Shown here: positions 1 to 7,540 of the stretch, one piece after another
Position numbering within the stretch: the first letter of the stretch is position 1
Layout of the letters: each line of letters begins with the position of its first letter
IMG/VR virus record: IMGVR_UViG_3300044728_000098
Coordinates: 1-38,210 of that record
Reading direction: 5' to 3' (one strand)
Source of the DNA: a virus
Lineage: Duplodnaviria; Caudoviricetes
DNA length: 38,210 nucleotides
The notes under the pieces: generated by a model
What the model was told of the DNA's origin: nothing
The model's database searches: none
Seen by the model: the letters and a program-made list of their open reading frames with translations, nothing else
Program-made: the position numbers and the translations under genes

Positions 1-280
1 ATAGATGGCACATTTTCGGGGCGGCACAATTACTCTCCTCATTATGCCCATGAATGATAGTGGCGTGTTTATTGAGAGATGCCGGCTCGGAATTGGGGAT
101 AAAAAAATGACCAAACTCTTTTACCTGAAATTTAGTCGGCAATTCCAACCCTACAGGCATTAAATATTCCATCCAGAATACATGCCTGTAGGGTTGAAGG
201 TAATCTTTCCGATCTAATTCCTGGCGTGCAGAGTCTAGGTCAATCTTAGTTTGAAGTAAGAATTGATCCAAAGAATCCAT
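1..280 (-). CDS. 5' part of a ~184 aa hypothetical protein spanning the circular junction (continues at 38210..37936)
   Basis: ATG at 280 reads MDSLDQFLLQ...CAAPKMCHL, then CRINSHFQT-MEQYV across the junction, in frame with ORF 37936..38184 and without a stop. Confidence 0.75.
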   Translation of the reverse strand, partial: MDSLDQFLLQTKIDLDSARQELDRKDYLQPYRHVFWMEYLMPVGLELPTKFQVKEFGHFFIPNSEPASLNKHATIIHGHNEESNCAAPKMCHL

Positions 281-296
281 GATAATGCGACCGAAA

Positions 297-2090
297 TCAG
301 ACCTTTCCCTTTAGGTACTGTTTCCAATCGTGCCTAACTGCTTCACTATTCGTGATAGTGTTGAATGATGCAGTCTTTTCATCATTGAGGATATTGATGA
401 AGGTATCTACAGAACTTTCGTTCTCAAGGAAGTAGAAAGCACCTTTATCATTGGTCCCTGGACGAACAATACGTCGATAGCATTGTTCATTTCGAGCGGG
501 AGAGTACCACTTATCAAGCATGATACCATATCTCGCTCCACCAGGCCATTTAGCCTTATCCTTATGAAGATTCAAGCCCTCGCCTACAGCACTATTCATT
601 AGCAGGACTTTCAATTCACCTTGCTGGAACTTCTTTTCGAGTTGTCCAGTTTCCCAGGTATTATCTCCAGTTAATGTTCTAGCTGAATAGCCTGCTTCCT
701 TTAGACGCCTTTCCATTTCAATGAGTGGCTCATTAAAGGTGGAGAAAAGGACGACTTGCTCATGCTCCTCTAATTCATCAATGATGTCAAAGGCTTCATC
801 GAGCTTGGAGCTTTCTTTGATGTTCAAGGTATTCTCACCAATTACATTGCCCTCTTCATCTTTGATCTTAAAGACAATGTTATCAGGCCACACATTGATC
901 TGACGAAGCCGAATCAATTGAGCAAGAATTGCTGTTGCAGTCAATGGTTCATCCTCATGCTCATCCAACCAAATGTAGAAATACTTCAACATTTGATCGT
1001 AAGCCTCACGTTGCTTAGGCAATTGCTTAAGAACACGAGTGATCTTCTGAATGTCAGGCAATTCCATTCCAACTTCCTCACAAGTACGTCGGAACATTTG
1101 TCCTCGAAGCAATTGGAGCAATGTTGTAGAGGCTCTCGCAGTACCGTCCGAATAGGACTTGAATACATTGAACTGCCGAATGAATTGCCGAAGATTTGGG
1201 AATCGTACCGGATCGAAGATATGTAGATATGCCCACATTTCTTCTGGCCTATTCACCATCGGAGTACCTGTCAAATAGATTGAGAACTTCATGTTCTGGC
1301 TCAATCTATTTACTGCTTTCCAGATGTTTGTAGGACCACCAGGATTAGCACCACCTTTGAGCTTATGAGCCTCATCAATGATTAGATAATCGAATTCAGT
1401 CTCGAATATCTTAGGTGTTGATGTAACAAACTCATAGTTGGCAACCATGATGTTGAATCCCATATCCATGAATTCCAACAGCATTTCTCTTTCTTTCTTG
1501 CCGGTCATTACAGCAGAGGTAACAATCTTTGCATCCGGCCACCAACGCATAATTTCATGCGGAGTAGAAAGAGTCAATGAATCCTTTGTGAGCCAGAGGA
1601 ATTTAGCCTTTGGATTTAGAATCCAGAGAACAATCATTGTCAAGACTGCCTCGAATGTTTTACCCATTGACATATCATTGGCATTGATGACTCCCGAACG
1701 ATTATCCTTAATCGCTTTAAGAGTAACTGCCAAGTCCTCTTTCTGATATTGCCTTGACTGACTCCAGGCTTCATAGCCCTTTAGCATTGTGTCAAGTTCA
1801 ATGGAATATTCTTCCATCTCATTAGCTTCAGCTCGCAATTTTTCGAGCCTTTCCTTTTCAGCATCAACTTTTCTCTGTTCTCTTTCGAGTTCATAGATAG
1901 ATGTGCGAAGCTTTTGAGTTTCTCCTGCTACAACTACTTTCTTCTCTTTCAAAGCATTGAGCAGTTTGAAGAGCTTTGTCTCTTCATCTTGAATGTGATT
2001 CAGTTCATCCAATTTCTTCTTCATTGCCTCTTGAGCAATAGCCAAAGGAGTTGGCTGACTGAATAGAGTTTCGATATCGAGTTCCATCAA
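297..2090 (-). CDS. SNF2-family (SF2) helicase/ATPase with N-terminal coiled coil
   Basis: Motif I ANDMSMGKT, motif II LIIDEAHKLK, motif III LTGTP, LIRLRQ, GEGLNL, motif VI QCYRRIVRPG. Confidence 0.93.
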   Translation of the reverse strand: MMELDIETLFSQPTPLAIAQEAMKKKLDELNHIQDEETKLFKLLNALKEKKVVVAGETQKLRTSIYELEREQRKVDAEKERLEKLRAEANEMEEYSIELDTMLKGYEAWSQSRQYQKEDLAVTLKAIKDNRSGVINANDMSMGKTFEAVLTMIVLWILNPKAKFLWLTKDSLTLSTPHEIMRWWPDAKIVTSAVMTGKKEREMLLEFMDMGFNIMVANYEFVTSTPKIFETEFDYLIIDEAHKLKGGANPGGPTNIWKAVNRLSQNMKFSIYLTGTPMVNRPEEMWAYLHIFDPVRFPNLRQFIRQFNVFKSYSDGTARASTTLLQLLRGQMFRRTCEEVGMELPDIQKITRVLKQLPKQREAYDQMLKYFYIWLDEHEDEPLTATAILAQLIRLRQINVWPDNIVFKIKDEEGNVIGENTLNIKESSKLDEAFDIIDELEEHEQVVLFSTFNEPLIEMERRLKEAGYSARTLTGDNTWETGQLEKKFQQGELKVLLMNSAVGEGLNLHKDKAKWPGGARYGIMLDKWYSPARNEQCYRRIVRPGTNDKGAFYFLENESSVDTFINILNDEKTASFNTITNSEAVRHDWKQYLKGKV

Positions 2091-2812
2091 TCTTCCTCTT
2101 CTTCCTTATCCTTTGAAACATCAACGAGCTTTACTTCGTGCCCATTGATCTTTTCATCACCATTGGGTTGAAGTTTGCGGATAGCATCTGGAAGATCCAT
2201 GTAATGCTTCATTTCAATATTCAATAATTTAGCGACTGGAAATGGGTTAATCCATTCCTTGCCATCAATCATGAATATGAATGTCTTGATTCCCGATGAC
2301 ACCGAATGATCGGAGTAATTACCTTTCTTCGGTGGAATTACCGGCATGTTTTTGTAGAGCTTTTCCGGTGTGAAGAATTCCATGAACGTGACATACGTTT
2401 CATATGTTTTCTTCAACTTGATGTAGAGCATATTGATCTGCTTCTTACTCAAGGTTGTGACATTGCCAGAGCGCATTGACATACTGCGAATTGAAGAACT
2501 CATCATCGCAGTAACATCTGTCATCAAAGGAAGGAGGTTAACTAAAACCTCAGCATCTTGCTCAGCAATGAGTTGTGAAATGGTTTCGTAGATTTCCTCA
2601 GCCTTAGCCTTAGCATCTACATTCTTCACAGCATTCTCTTTGAACAATCTTTCATGTTCAGCAAGAGTTCCACGAGCATCCAATTGCTTAGCCAATTCCT
2701 TTGACTTAGCAATCACACGATCTATGAAAGGCTTTGGATTATCCATCATATCTGATGAATCAACTTCCAAGTCTGCTAGGACTTGATTGAACATTTCTTT
2801 CTGGTTTGGCAT
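2087..2812 (-). CDS. Hypothetical helical protein (start revised to MPNQKEMF)
   Basis: Long ORF with AAGAAGGA upstream of ATG 2812; stop overlaps the helicase start. Confidence 0.75.
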   Translation of the reverse strand: MPNQKEMFNQVLADLEVDSSDMMDNPKPFIDRVIAKSKELAKQLDARGTLAEHERLFKENAVKNVDAKAKAEEIYETISQLIAEQDAEVLVNLLPLMTDVTAMMSSSIRSMSMRSGNVTTLSKKQINMLYIKLKKTYETYVTFMEFFTPEKLYKNMPVIPPKKGNYSDHSVSSGIKTFIFMIDGKEWINPFPVAKLLNIEMKHYMDLPDAIRKLQPNGDEKINGHEVKLVDVSKDKEEEED

Positions 2813-2816
2813 TTTG

Positions 2817-3005
2817 TTAGCATCCTTCTTTGTTGATGTATTGCATGATTTGGACTGAACTGATGAGGTTTTCATTCTCTTTAACCGCATCATAAATTTG
2901 ACCCATCACCTGTAGAAATTCTTTCTTACCCTCTACAGTTTGTTGACCCTGGAAATGTTGAGGATTCCAGCGTGTTCGGTTATTCATTAGAAGAAAGAGT
3001 TTCAT
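2817..3005 (-). CDS. Small hypothetical protein
   Basis: GGAAAGGA SD upstream; tiles between neighbours. Confidence 0.6.
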   Translation of the reverse strand: MKLFLLMNNRTRWNPQHFQGQQTVEGKKEFLQVMGQIYDAVKENENLISSVQIMQYINKEGC

Positions 3006-3120
3006 CTTCTATGTCCTTTCCTACTAGGTCGTAGTGTTCATCACAAAGGTGGCGCCTTTCGCCCCAATATACTTCATGATTTGTTGCTTGCTTGTGGCAA
3101 TTGCACCATTCACATATCAA
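2980..3120 (-). CDS. 46 aa zinc-finger-like microprotein (not in ORF track)
   Basis: TTG start after AAGGAG; MICEWCNCHKQATNHEVYWGERRHLCDEHYDL... carries CxxC and CxxH. Confidence 0.6.
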   Translation of the reverse strand: MICEWCNCHKQATNHEVYWGERRHLCDEHYDLVGKDIEDETLSSNE

Positions 3121-3352
3121 TTTCCCACTCCTTTTTCAAAGAGAAGATTGGAGTCTCTGCAATTCGGCCAAGAGTATAAACCCTTGCTTGAAACGGGGAA
3201 AGTAAAAGGATTCTACGAGCACGCTTGTAGTAATTGCGAATGTTATTTCGCGCAAAAACCGCCGTTCCTTGTGTAAGCCAGAAATTCACAACATTGAACT
3301 CAGGTTCCAATTTCCGTTGGTGAATTGGTCGGCTGTTAATCTTGTGCATCAT
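3110..3352 (-). CDS. Hypothetical protein (start revised to MMHKINS)
   Basis: AAAGGA upstream of ATG 3352; tiles with 3336..3527. Confidence 0.55.
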   Translation of the reverse strand: MMHKINSRPIHQRKLEPEFNVVNFWLTQGTAVFARNNIRNYYKRARRILLLSPFQARVYTLGRIAETPIFSLKKEWEIDM

Positions 3353-3527
3353 ATTCCTTTCGGGGAAAGTTGACTGTTCGTGGATTCTTTCGAGTGTAGA
3401 TACCCGAGAATGTTTCAGCACCACAATCACAACAGATTTCAAAGTCTGCTGTAATTAATACTGTAGCACGTCTATCTGGATTCTCTTTATCCCAACACTC
3501 ATTGCATTGAGCTTGTGTCCAACTCAT
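3336..3527 (-). CDS. Small zinc-finger-like protein
   Basis: CNEC and CCDC motifs; coupled to the upstream gene. Confidence 0.65.
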   Translation of the reverse strand: MSWTQAQCNECWDKENPDRRATVLITADFEICCDCGAETFSGIYTRKNPRTVNFPRKEYDAQD

Positions 3528-3721
3528 TTAATCTTCTTTCTCCTTACTGTTGAATTCATCTGAGCGAATTTGTCATTCGCTGCAACGTACATGATGTTCT
3601 TCTTTGGATTGTTTACTACATCCTCATCAAACCAATCACAACCAAGTGATTTAGTCTTGAAGATTGCACCATCTTTCCATTGAGTGATTAGAAACTTCTC
3701 CCTGTAGAACTGGAGAACCAT
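3524..3721 (-). CDS. Small hypothetical protein
   Basis: TAATG coupling with the upstream gene. Confidence 0.65.
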   Translation of the reverse strand: MVLQFYREKFLITQWKDGAIFKTKSLGCDWFDEDVVNNPKKNIMYVAANDKFAQMNSTVRRKKIK

Positions 3722-4299
3722 TATTTAATACCTGCTTTCTTGAATAGTTCTTCCATTGTTGTGAGGAACTGAATCGTTCCTTTCATTTCAGACCATTGCG
3801 AAACATCACCCGCCATGACACTACAGAAAGCTAAACCATTCTGCATTTCATAGAGCATAGGCAACATCTCTACAGGGTCGATTACTTTCTTGATAGCTTC
3901 ACATACCTCAATTGGATTAGGAAGTGTAGCTATGTATGCAGCGATATGAGTCCATTCATATCTAAAAGCATCTTCTGGCATGATTCGCTCACGCACAAAC
4001 GAAACTAATGGATAGCTGATTCGCTCACCATTTATCTTTGGAATCATATCAGCAGACTTCATTTTAATGTGACCTTTGCTATCAATCACATCACATTCTT
4101 TCAGTTTGCTGTAGGCCTTATAAACAGCGCTCTTTGATATTCCATTCGACTTAGCGAGCATATTAGCTACAGCTACTGCTCGAAGTCCTGAATGTTTAAT
4201 ACACAGAGACACTATCATAAGTTGGGTATGCGTTACAACTTTGATACCAAATTTATTTTGGAGAGCGTAACGAATTCCATTCAGGTTATCGGCGTCCAT
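3721..4299 (-). CDS. Putative winged helix-turn-helix DNA-binding protein (start revised to MDADNL)
   Basis: AVANMLAKSNGISKSAVYKAYSKLKECDVI resembles an HTH recognition helix plus wing; GAGGA before ATG 4299. Confidence 0.6.
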   Translation of the reverse strand: MDADNLNGIRYALQNKFGIKVVTHTQLMIVSLCIKHSGLRAVAVANMLAKSNGISKSAVYKAYSKLKECDVIDSKGHIKMKSADMIPKINGERISYPLVSFVRERIMPEDAFRYEWTHIAAYIATLPNPIEVCEAIKKVIDPVEMLPMLYEMQNGLAFCSVMAGDVSQWSEMKGTIQFLTTMEELFKKAGIK

Positions 4300-4498
4300 A
4301 CTTCCTCTTTCTTTCGAGTTGAAGTTGCTTAAACCGAATTTCTTTTCGTCGCTTTCGAGCTTCATAACGATCCTCGAACAATTGTCTATCAATTGGCTCG
4401 ATATCGTAATGATATGCGTGGTAGGTCTGATAGAGATTATCAAGTAATTGATCGCATCTATCGTTGAAATCTTCATCTTGGATGTTAATCATGGGCAT
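4286..4498 (-). CDS. Small hypothetical protein with basic C-terminus
   Basis: Same frame as ORF 4286..4594; internal ATG 4498 or 4492 tiles with neighbours. Confidence 0.55.
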   Translation of the reverse strand: MPMINIQDEDFNDRCDQLLDNLYQTYHAYHYDIEPIDRQLFEDRYEARKRRKEIRFKQLQLERKRKYGRR

Positions 4499-4658
4499 GT
4501 ACCAAGTACTTTCCGTTATGCCTTTTGTCATTGTGTTCATTTGCGACCTTGATAGGATCAGCAGAACCAGCGCCGAATTTATCCATATAACCACATGGAC
4601 AAATTACTTTGACGTCGCCAAATCTCCCATCTTTGCGCACGACTATTTCTTTGTTCAC
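4485..4658 (-). CDS. 57 aa C2H2-like zinc-finger microprotein (not in ORF track)
   Basis: GTGA overlap with the upstream stop; MNKEIVVRKDGRFGDVKVICPCGY...ANEHNDKRH. Confidence 0.6.
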   Translation of the reverse strand: MNKEIVVRKDGRFGDVKVICPCGYMDKFGAGSADPIKVANEHNDKRHNGKYLVHAHD

Positions 4659-4921
4659 ATCCATCCCTTTCTCCTTGCGAATTCATTGGTGCAAATTCTT
4701 GATCCGTCAAGAGAAGCAGATGTACCATCATCGTGAATGAAATTGAACCAGTGATTACTCCATTCACTCTGAGGAGTAGATGAGTCTTGACCTTTCATTG
4801 TGTCAGGTTGCGGCCAAGCATCAATCTTTCCAACTATTCCCGATTTCATATCGTAATAGTTGAATGCCATATCCCCTTTTCTTAGTTTCTTTCCATCGGC
4901 TGTAGTGATTTCGTCCATCAT
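4655..4921 (-). CDS. Hypothetical protein, possibly SH3-like beta fold
   Basis: ADGKKLRKGDMAFNYYDMKSGIVG pattern; coupled to both neighbours. Confidence 0.7.
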   Translation of the reverse strand: MMDEITTADGKKLRKGDMAFNYYDMKSGIVGKIDAWPQPDTMKGQDSSTPQSEWSNHWFNFIHDDGTSASLDGSRICTNEFARRKGWM

Positions 4922-5037
4922 TCCGTGGGCTCCCTTGTGATTACTCGCATTACCATTTGGATCAATTCGCTATGCGTAAGCATTCCACGCTTAGCTTGAG
5001 CAATTGCTTTCTCGAGAAGTCTGATTGTTTCTTCCAT
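4918..5037 (-). CDS. 39 aa helical microprotein (not in ORF track)
   Basis: MEETIRLLEKAIAQAKRGMLTHSELIQMVMRVITREPTE fills the gap exactly, with ATGA overlap downstream. Confidence 0.55.
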   Translation of the reverse strand: MEETIRLLEKAIAQAKRGMLTHSELIQMVMRVITREPTE

Positions 5038-5038
5038 T

Positions 5039-5263
5039 TCAGAAGTCTACTTTCTCGCAAGTCCAGATGATTGTGTATGGATTGTAGATCAATTCCCCGC
5101 CCATATCCTCGCAGGTATTAATCATGTCTTGTGTTTCACGTGGTTCCATAACCAGAATGATTATGTCTCCATGACGTGCATCGAATTGATGCGCGTAATT
5201 CTCAGGCACAGTAATTACCTGTGCAGGACGGTCATTTTCAATGAGCATGTGTGTATACATCAT
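5039..5263 (-). CDS. Small hypothetical protein
   Basis: Tiles in the early operon. Confidence 0.65.
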   Translation of the reverse strand: MMYTHMLIENDRPAQVITVPENYAHQFDARHGDIIILVMEPRETQDMINTCEDMGGELIYNPYTIIWTCEKVDF

Positions 5264-5269
5264 GTTGTT

Positions 5270-5446
5270 TCAGTCTTTCCATTCGTTGGGATTGATACTC
5301 TGAAGCTGGCTCCAGATAAAGTCGCGAGCTACGACGAGCTTATTAATATTCATTCTTTCAACACCCTTAAGGTGTTCACGCATTGCTTCCTCAGGCAAAA
5401 GCCTATTCAATGCATACAACGCATCTGCTAATTGCTTCTCATCCAT
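5270..5446 (-). CDS. 58 aa hypothetical protein (not in ORF track)
   Basis: AAAGGAGA SD; MDEKQLADALYALNRLLPEE... Confidence 0.65.
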   Translation of the reverse strand: MDEKQLADALYALNRLLPEEAMREHLKGVERMNINKLVVARDFIWSQLQSINPNEWKD

Positions 5447-5468
5447 TTCGTTTCTCCTTTGTTGTAAA

Positions 5469-5523
5469 TGGAGTACCCTGGAAAGGAGTCGAACCTTTCA
5501 ATTACTACCGCTACAGGGTGACC
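5469..5523 (-). ncRNA. Mini tRNA-like element (acceptor stem, T arm and CCA; no anticodon arm)
   Basis: GGTCACCCTG-TAGCGGTAGTAATT-GAAAGG-TTCGACT-CCTTTC-CAGGGTACT-CCA fills an intergenic gap. Confidence 0.55.
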
Positions 5524-5528
5524 AGTAT

Positions 5529-5672
5529 CTATTTACAGATACTCAGGATTACTGCTTCATGCTTCTCGTATACTTCGAGAATTGGATAGCCCAATTCATT
5601 GTCATATACGTAGTTGTTGTACTCTGCGAGAGCGATCTCAAGTGCAATCTTGAGTTTCTCAAATTCACTCAT
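5529..5672 (-). CDS. 47 aa hypothetical protein (not in ORF track)
   Basis: ATGA overlap with 5669..5896; MSEFEKLKIALEIALAEYNNYVYDNELG... Confidence 0.6.
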   Translation of the reverse strand: MSEFEKLKIALEIALAEYNNYVYDNELGYPILEVYEKHEAVILSICK

Positions 5673-5896
5673 TGGATTTCCTCTTCCATGATTCGTCGGA
5701 TCTTTCTGAAGGTACTGAGGAGGAGTTCTTTCTCGGTTCCATTCTCATACACATCTTCATTGTGGAAGTCATCAATCCACGTTGCAATGTAAGCAATTGA
5801 ACCTTGCAATTGCTTGAACTCCATCAATAGCCGATCGTGAAGATTTGGCTCTTGGTTTGCAATGATGTGAATGAACTTCATATCATCATCGGTCAT
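5669..5896 (-). CDS. Small hypothetical protein
   Basis: AAGGAG SD; tiles in the operon. Confidence 0.7.
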   Translation of the reverse strand: MTDDDMKFIHIIANQEPNLHDRLLMEFKQLQGSIAYIATWIDDFHNEDVYENGTEKELLLSTFRKIRRIMEEEIQ

Positions 5897-5908
5897 TTCA
5901 TTTCTCCT

Positions 5909-6226
5909 TTATTTGCGACCCGGGATAGGGTTTAACTTGAGCCAATCACGCTTAGCGTAGAATTGGTCCCATTTAACTTGGGCTTGTTCTGTAGTCTCTC
6001 TGTTGATACAAACTACACGGTACTTATCTCGCTTACCAGTACCGTAGATAAGAACTTCTCTATCCTCTCCGATGAAATCAAGGAGTTTAGCTGGAGTTGC
6101 AAGACTTTGCTCGATTAGGTGGTTTCTTTCATTCCACCCCAATTCAAAAAACTGGATGATTTCTTTGGCGCTGAATGTTCCTACCTCAGTAGCAATTCCA
6201 CCATATGTGTGTTGATATCGCTTCAT
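5909..6226 (-). CDS. Hypothetical protein
   Basis: AAAGGAG SD; 105 aa ORF. Confidence 0.75.
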   Translation of the reverse strand: MKRYQHTYGGIATEVGTFSAKEIIQFFELGWNERNHLIEQSLATPAKLLDFIGEDREVLIYGTGKRDKYRVVCINRETTEQAQVKWDQFYAKRDWLKLNPIPGRK

Positions 6227-6393
6227 TTCTGCTCCTTTGCATATTGGAAAAAAGTAGGACCAACTCTACAGGTCACTCCATCCTGGAGATGTTGAATTAC
6301 CCAAGTGAATTCATTGAGTTGTTTGATTACCCTGTAGGTTTGAGGGTCATCTTCGTCAATCTCTTTCCAGATTGAATTCAGCTGTATGTTCAT
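6223..6393 (-). CDS. 56 aa hypothetical protein (not in ORF track)
   Basis: ATGA overlaps at both ends; MNIQLNSIWKEIDEDDPQTYRVIKQ... Confidence 0.65.
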   Translation of the reverse strand: MNIQLNSIWKEIDEDDPQTYRVIKQLNEFTWVIQHLQDGVTCRVGPTFFQYAKEQK

Positions 6394-6596
6394 CCGTACC
6401 ACAACTCCACATTGAATCCTTGAGGATCAATGCATTGAATTCCACGAATGAGTGGCTCAAACCAGAAATATTGGAAGTTTGTATACCCAAGCTTCTCTAA
6501 TTGAGGTTCGATGATAGCTTTCTCATCTCTCCGAAACTCTGCGTATGAGAAACCGCTCATTTCGATTAAGTCATCTAGGTGCGTTGTTTGTTTCAT
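6390..6596 (-). CDS. Small hypothetical protein, first gene after the long leader
   Basis: AAGGGAG SD upstream. Confidence 0.7.
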   Translation of the reverse strand: MKQTTHLDDLIEMSGFSYAEFRRDEKAIIEPQLEKLGYTNFQYFWFEPLIRGIQCIDPQGFNVELWYG

Positions 6597-6675
6597 GTTT
6601 AAAACTCCCTTTCTGAAGAAGTTTGTGTGAATAACTTAAGTGAAGTTTGGACTTCCTTTTGAAATAGCAATTACG

Positions 6676-6709
6676 AAAAAAGTCTCGCCTAGTGGAAGAT
6701 GGAGACTTT
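6676..6709 (-). terminator. Terminator/attenuator-like hairpin in the leader
   Basis: Minus strand AAAGTCTC-N15-GAGACTTT followed by more T; the large loop makes it atypical. Confidence 0.4.
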
Positions 6710-6764
6710 CGCTACATAAGCCCAGGTCAGAGGTGGTGGAACGGAGTGGAAAGGTTCCACTAGG

Positions 6765-6803
6765 GGTATTTAGGTCTAGGGGTTTCACCCCGACCTAAAT
6801 ACC
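6765..6803. repeat. 12-bp inverted repeat with an internal GGGG/CCCC stem
   Basis: GGTATTTAGGTC (6765-6776) / GACCTAAATACC (6792-6803). Confidence 0.8.
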
Positions 6804-6964
6804 TATACCCCGGAGAAATTAACTCCTCAAATAGCCCGGCGAATTAGCCAAGCTAAGAATTTTTCCTTTGAGCAGGTAGTTTAGAGGAATTCATTAACCT
6901 TAAAGGCAATTAAATAAACCACAAACCGATTAACCCTTTCTTGATAGTTCTTTCCCACCAACTA

Positions 6965-6993
6965 AGTATAGCACAACGCTCCCCGGTTGTCAA
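6965..6993 (-). promoter_or_regulatory. Strong sigma70/SigA-type early promoter
   Basis: Minus strand TTGACA-17 bp-TATACT with extended -10 TG. Confidence 0.88.
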
Positions 6994-7058
6994 GTCAGGA
7001 TTTCATTGCGGGGAAACAATAACTGCCCTTTCTTTTAGGCCTAAAATTAATTAACACC

Positions 7059-7234
7059 GGCAGATTTATTGATGAATGCGACCGAACGAGTTCGCGAGTT
7101 CAGCGGATTTATTTTAGTAGAACTGATTAGGCCGCTCAATCTTTTCATATAAACTCCTGTAGGTATTTTACTCGCATTAAATAATGCACTAACATAATTA
7201 TTGATTAATTTTAGCATTGGCAGATTTATTGATG
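7059..7234. repeat. 16-bp perfect direct repeat GGCAGATTTATTGATG, 160 bp apart, in AT-rich DNA
   Basis: Copies at 7059-7074 and 7219-7234; partial GATTTATT near 7106. Confidence 0.8.
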
Positions 7235-7306
7235 GTTTAGCGACGCCGGAGGCACGAAGGGCGAAATGCAAATACCCCCAAACCCATTGGGCTTGAGGGT
7301 ATTCGC

Positions 7307-7540
7307 TCATCGGTCTCGCCAGACGTGAATTGAATCGCCGGGAAGAATTGTCAACACTTCGCCGTCGGTCTCATCTGTGAATTCATGGAAACCCTTGAAA
7401 GTGTAGGCATCCATCGTAAACCAGCTAGCATCATTCCGCCCGGTTTCGAGCTCGAAGGCTTCGAGGAAACGGTTTAGATGCCAGTATCCCCACCTTAGGG
7501 ATATCGGTTTCTTGTCTCGCACAAACGATGTGCACATCAT
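7307..7540 (-). CDS. Small hypothetical early protein
   Basis: ATGA overlap with the upstream gene. Confidence 0.65.
   Translation of the reverse strand: MMCTSFVRDKKPISLRWGYWHLNRFLEAFELETGRNDASWFTMDAYTFKGFHEFTDETDGEVLTILPGDSIHVWRDR

Noticed and set aside
4300-4594. Long N-termini of ORFs 3721..4476 and 4286..4594
   Set aside because: They overlap better-supported tiled genes; internal starts fit the operon.
5469-5500. attP core derived from a tRNA 3' end
   Set aside because: No integrase is recognisable, and the matching 5' acceptor strand lies close by, favouring an RNA structure. Not fully excluded without a host genome.
5469-5545. Complete or permuted tRNA-Tyr using the upstream CTGTAAA as anticodon loop
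   Set aside because: The adjacent hairpin AGTATCT/AGATACT pairs in a register that does not present a 7-nt CUGUAAA loop, and it overlaps the end of a coding sequence.
7047-7310. 87 aa ORF as a confident gene
   Set aside because: It has an ATGA overlap, but most of it runs through AT-rich repeat-bearing DNA with atypical composition, so it is left uncalled.
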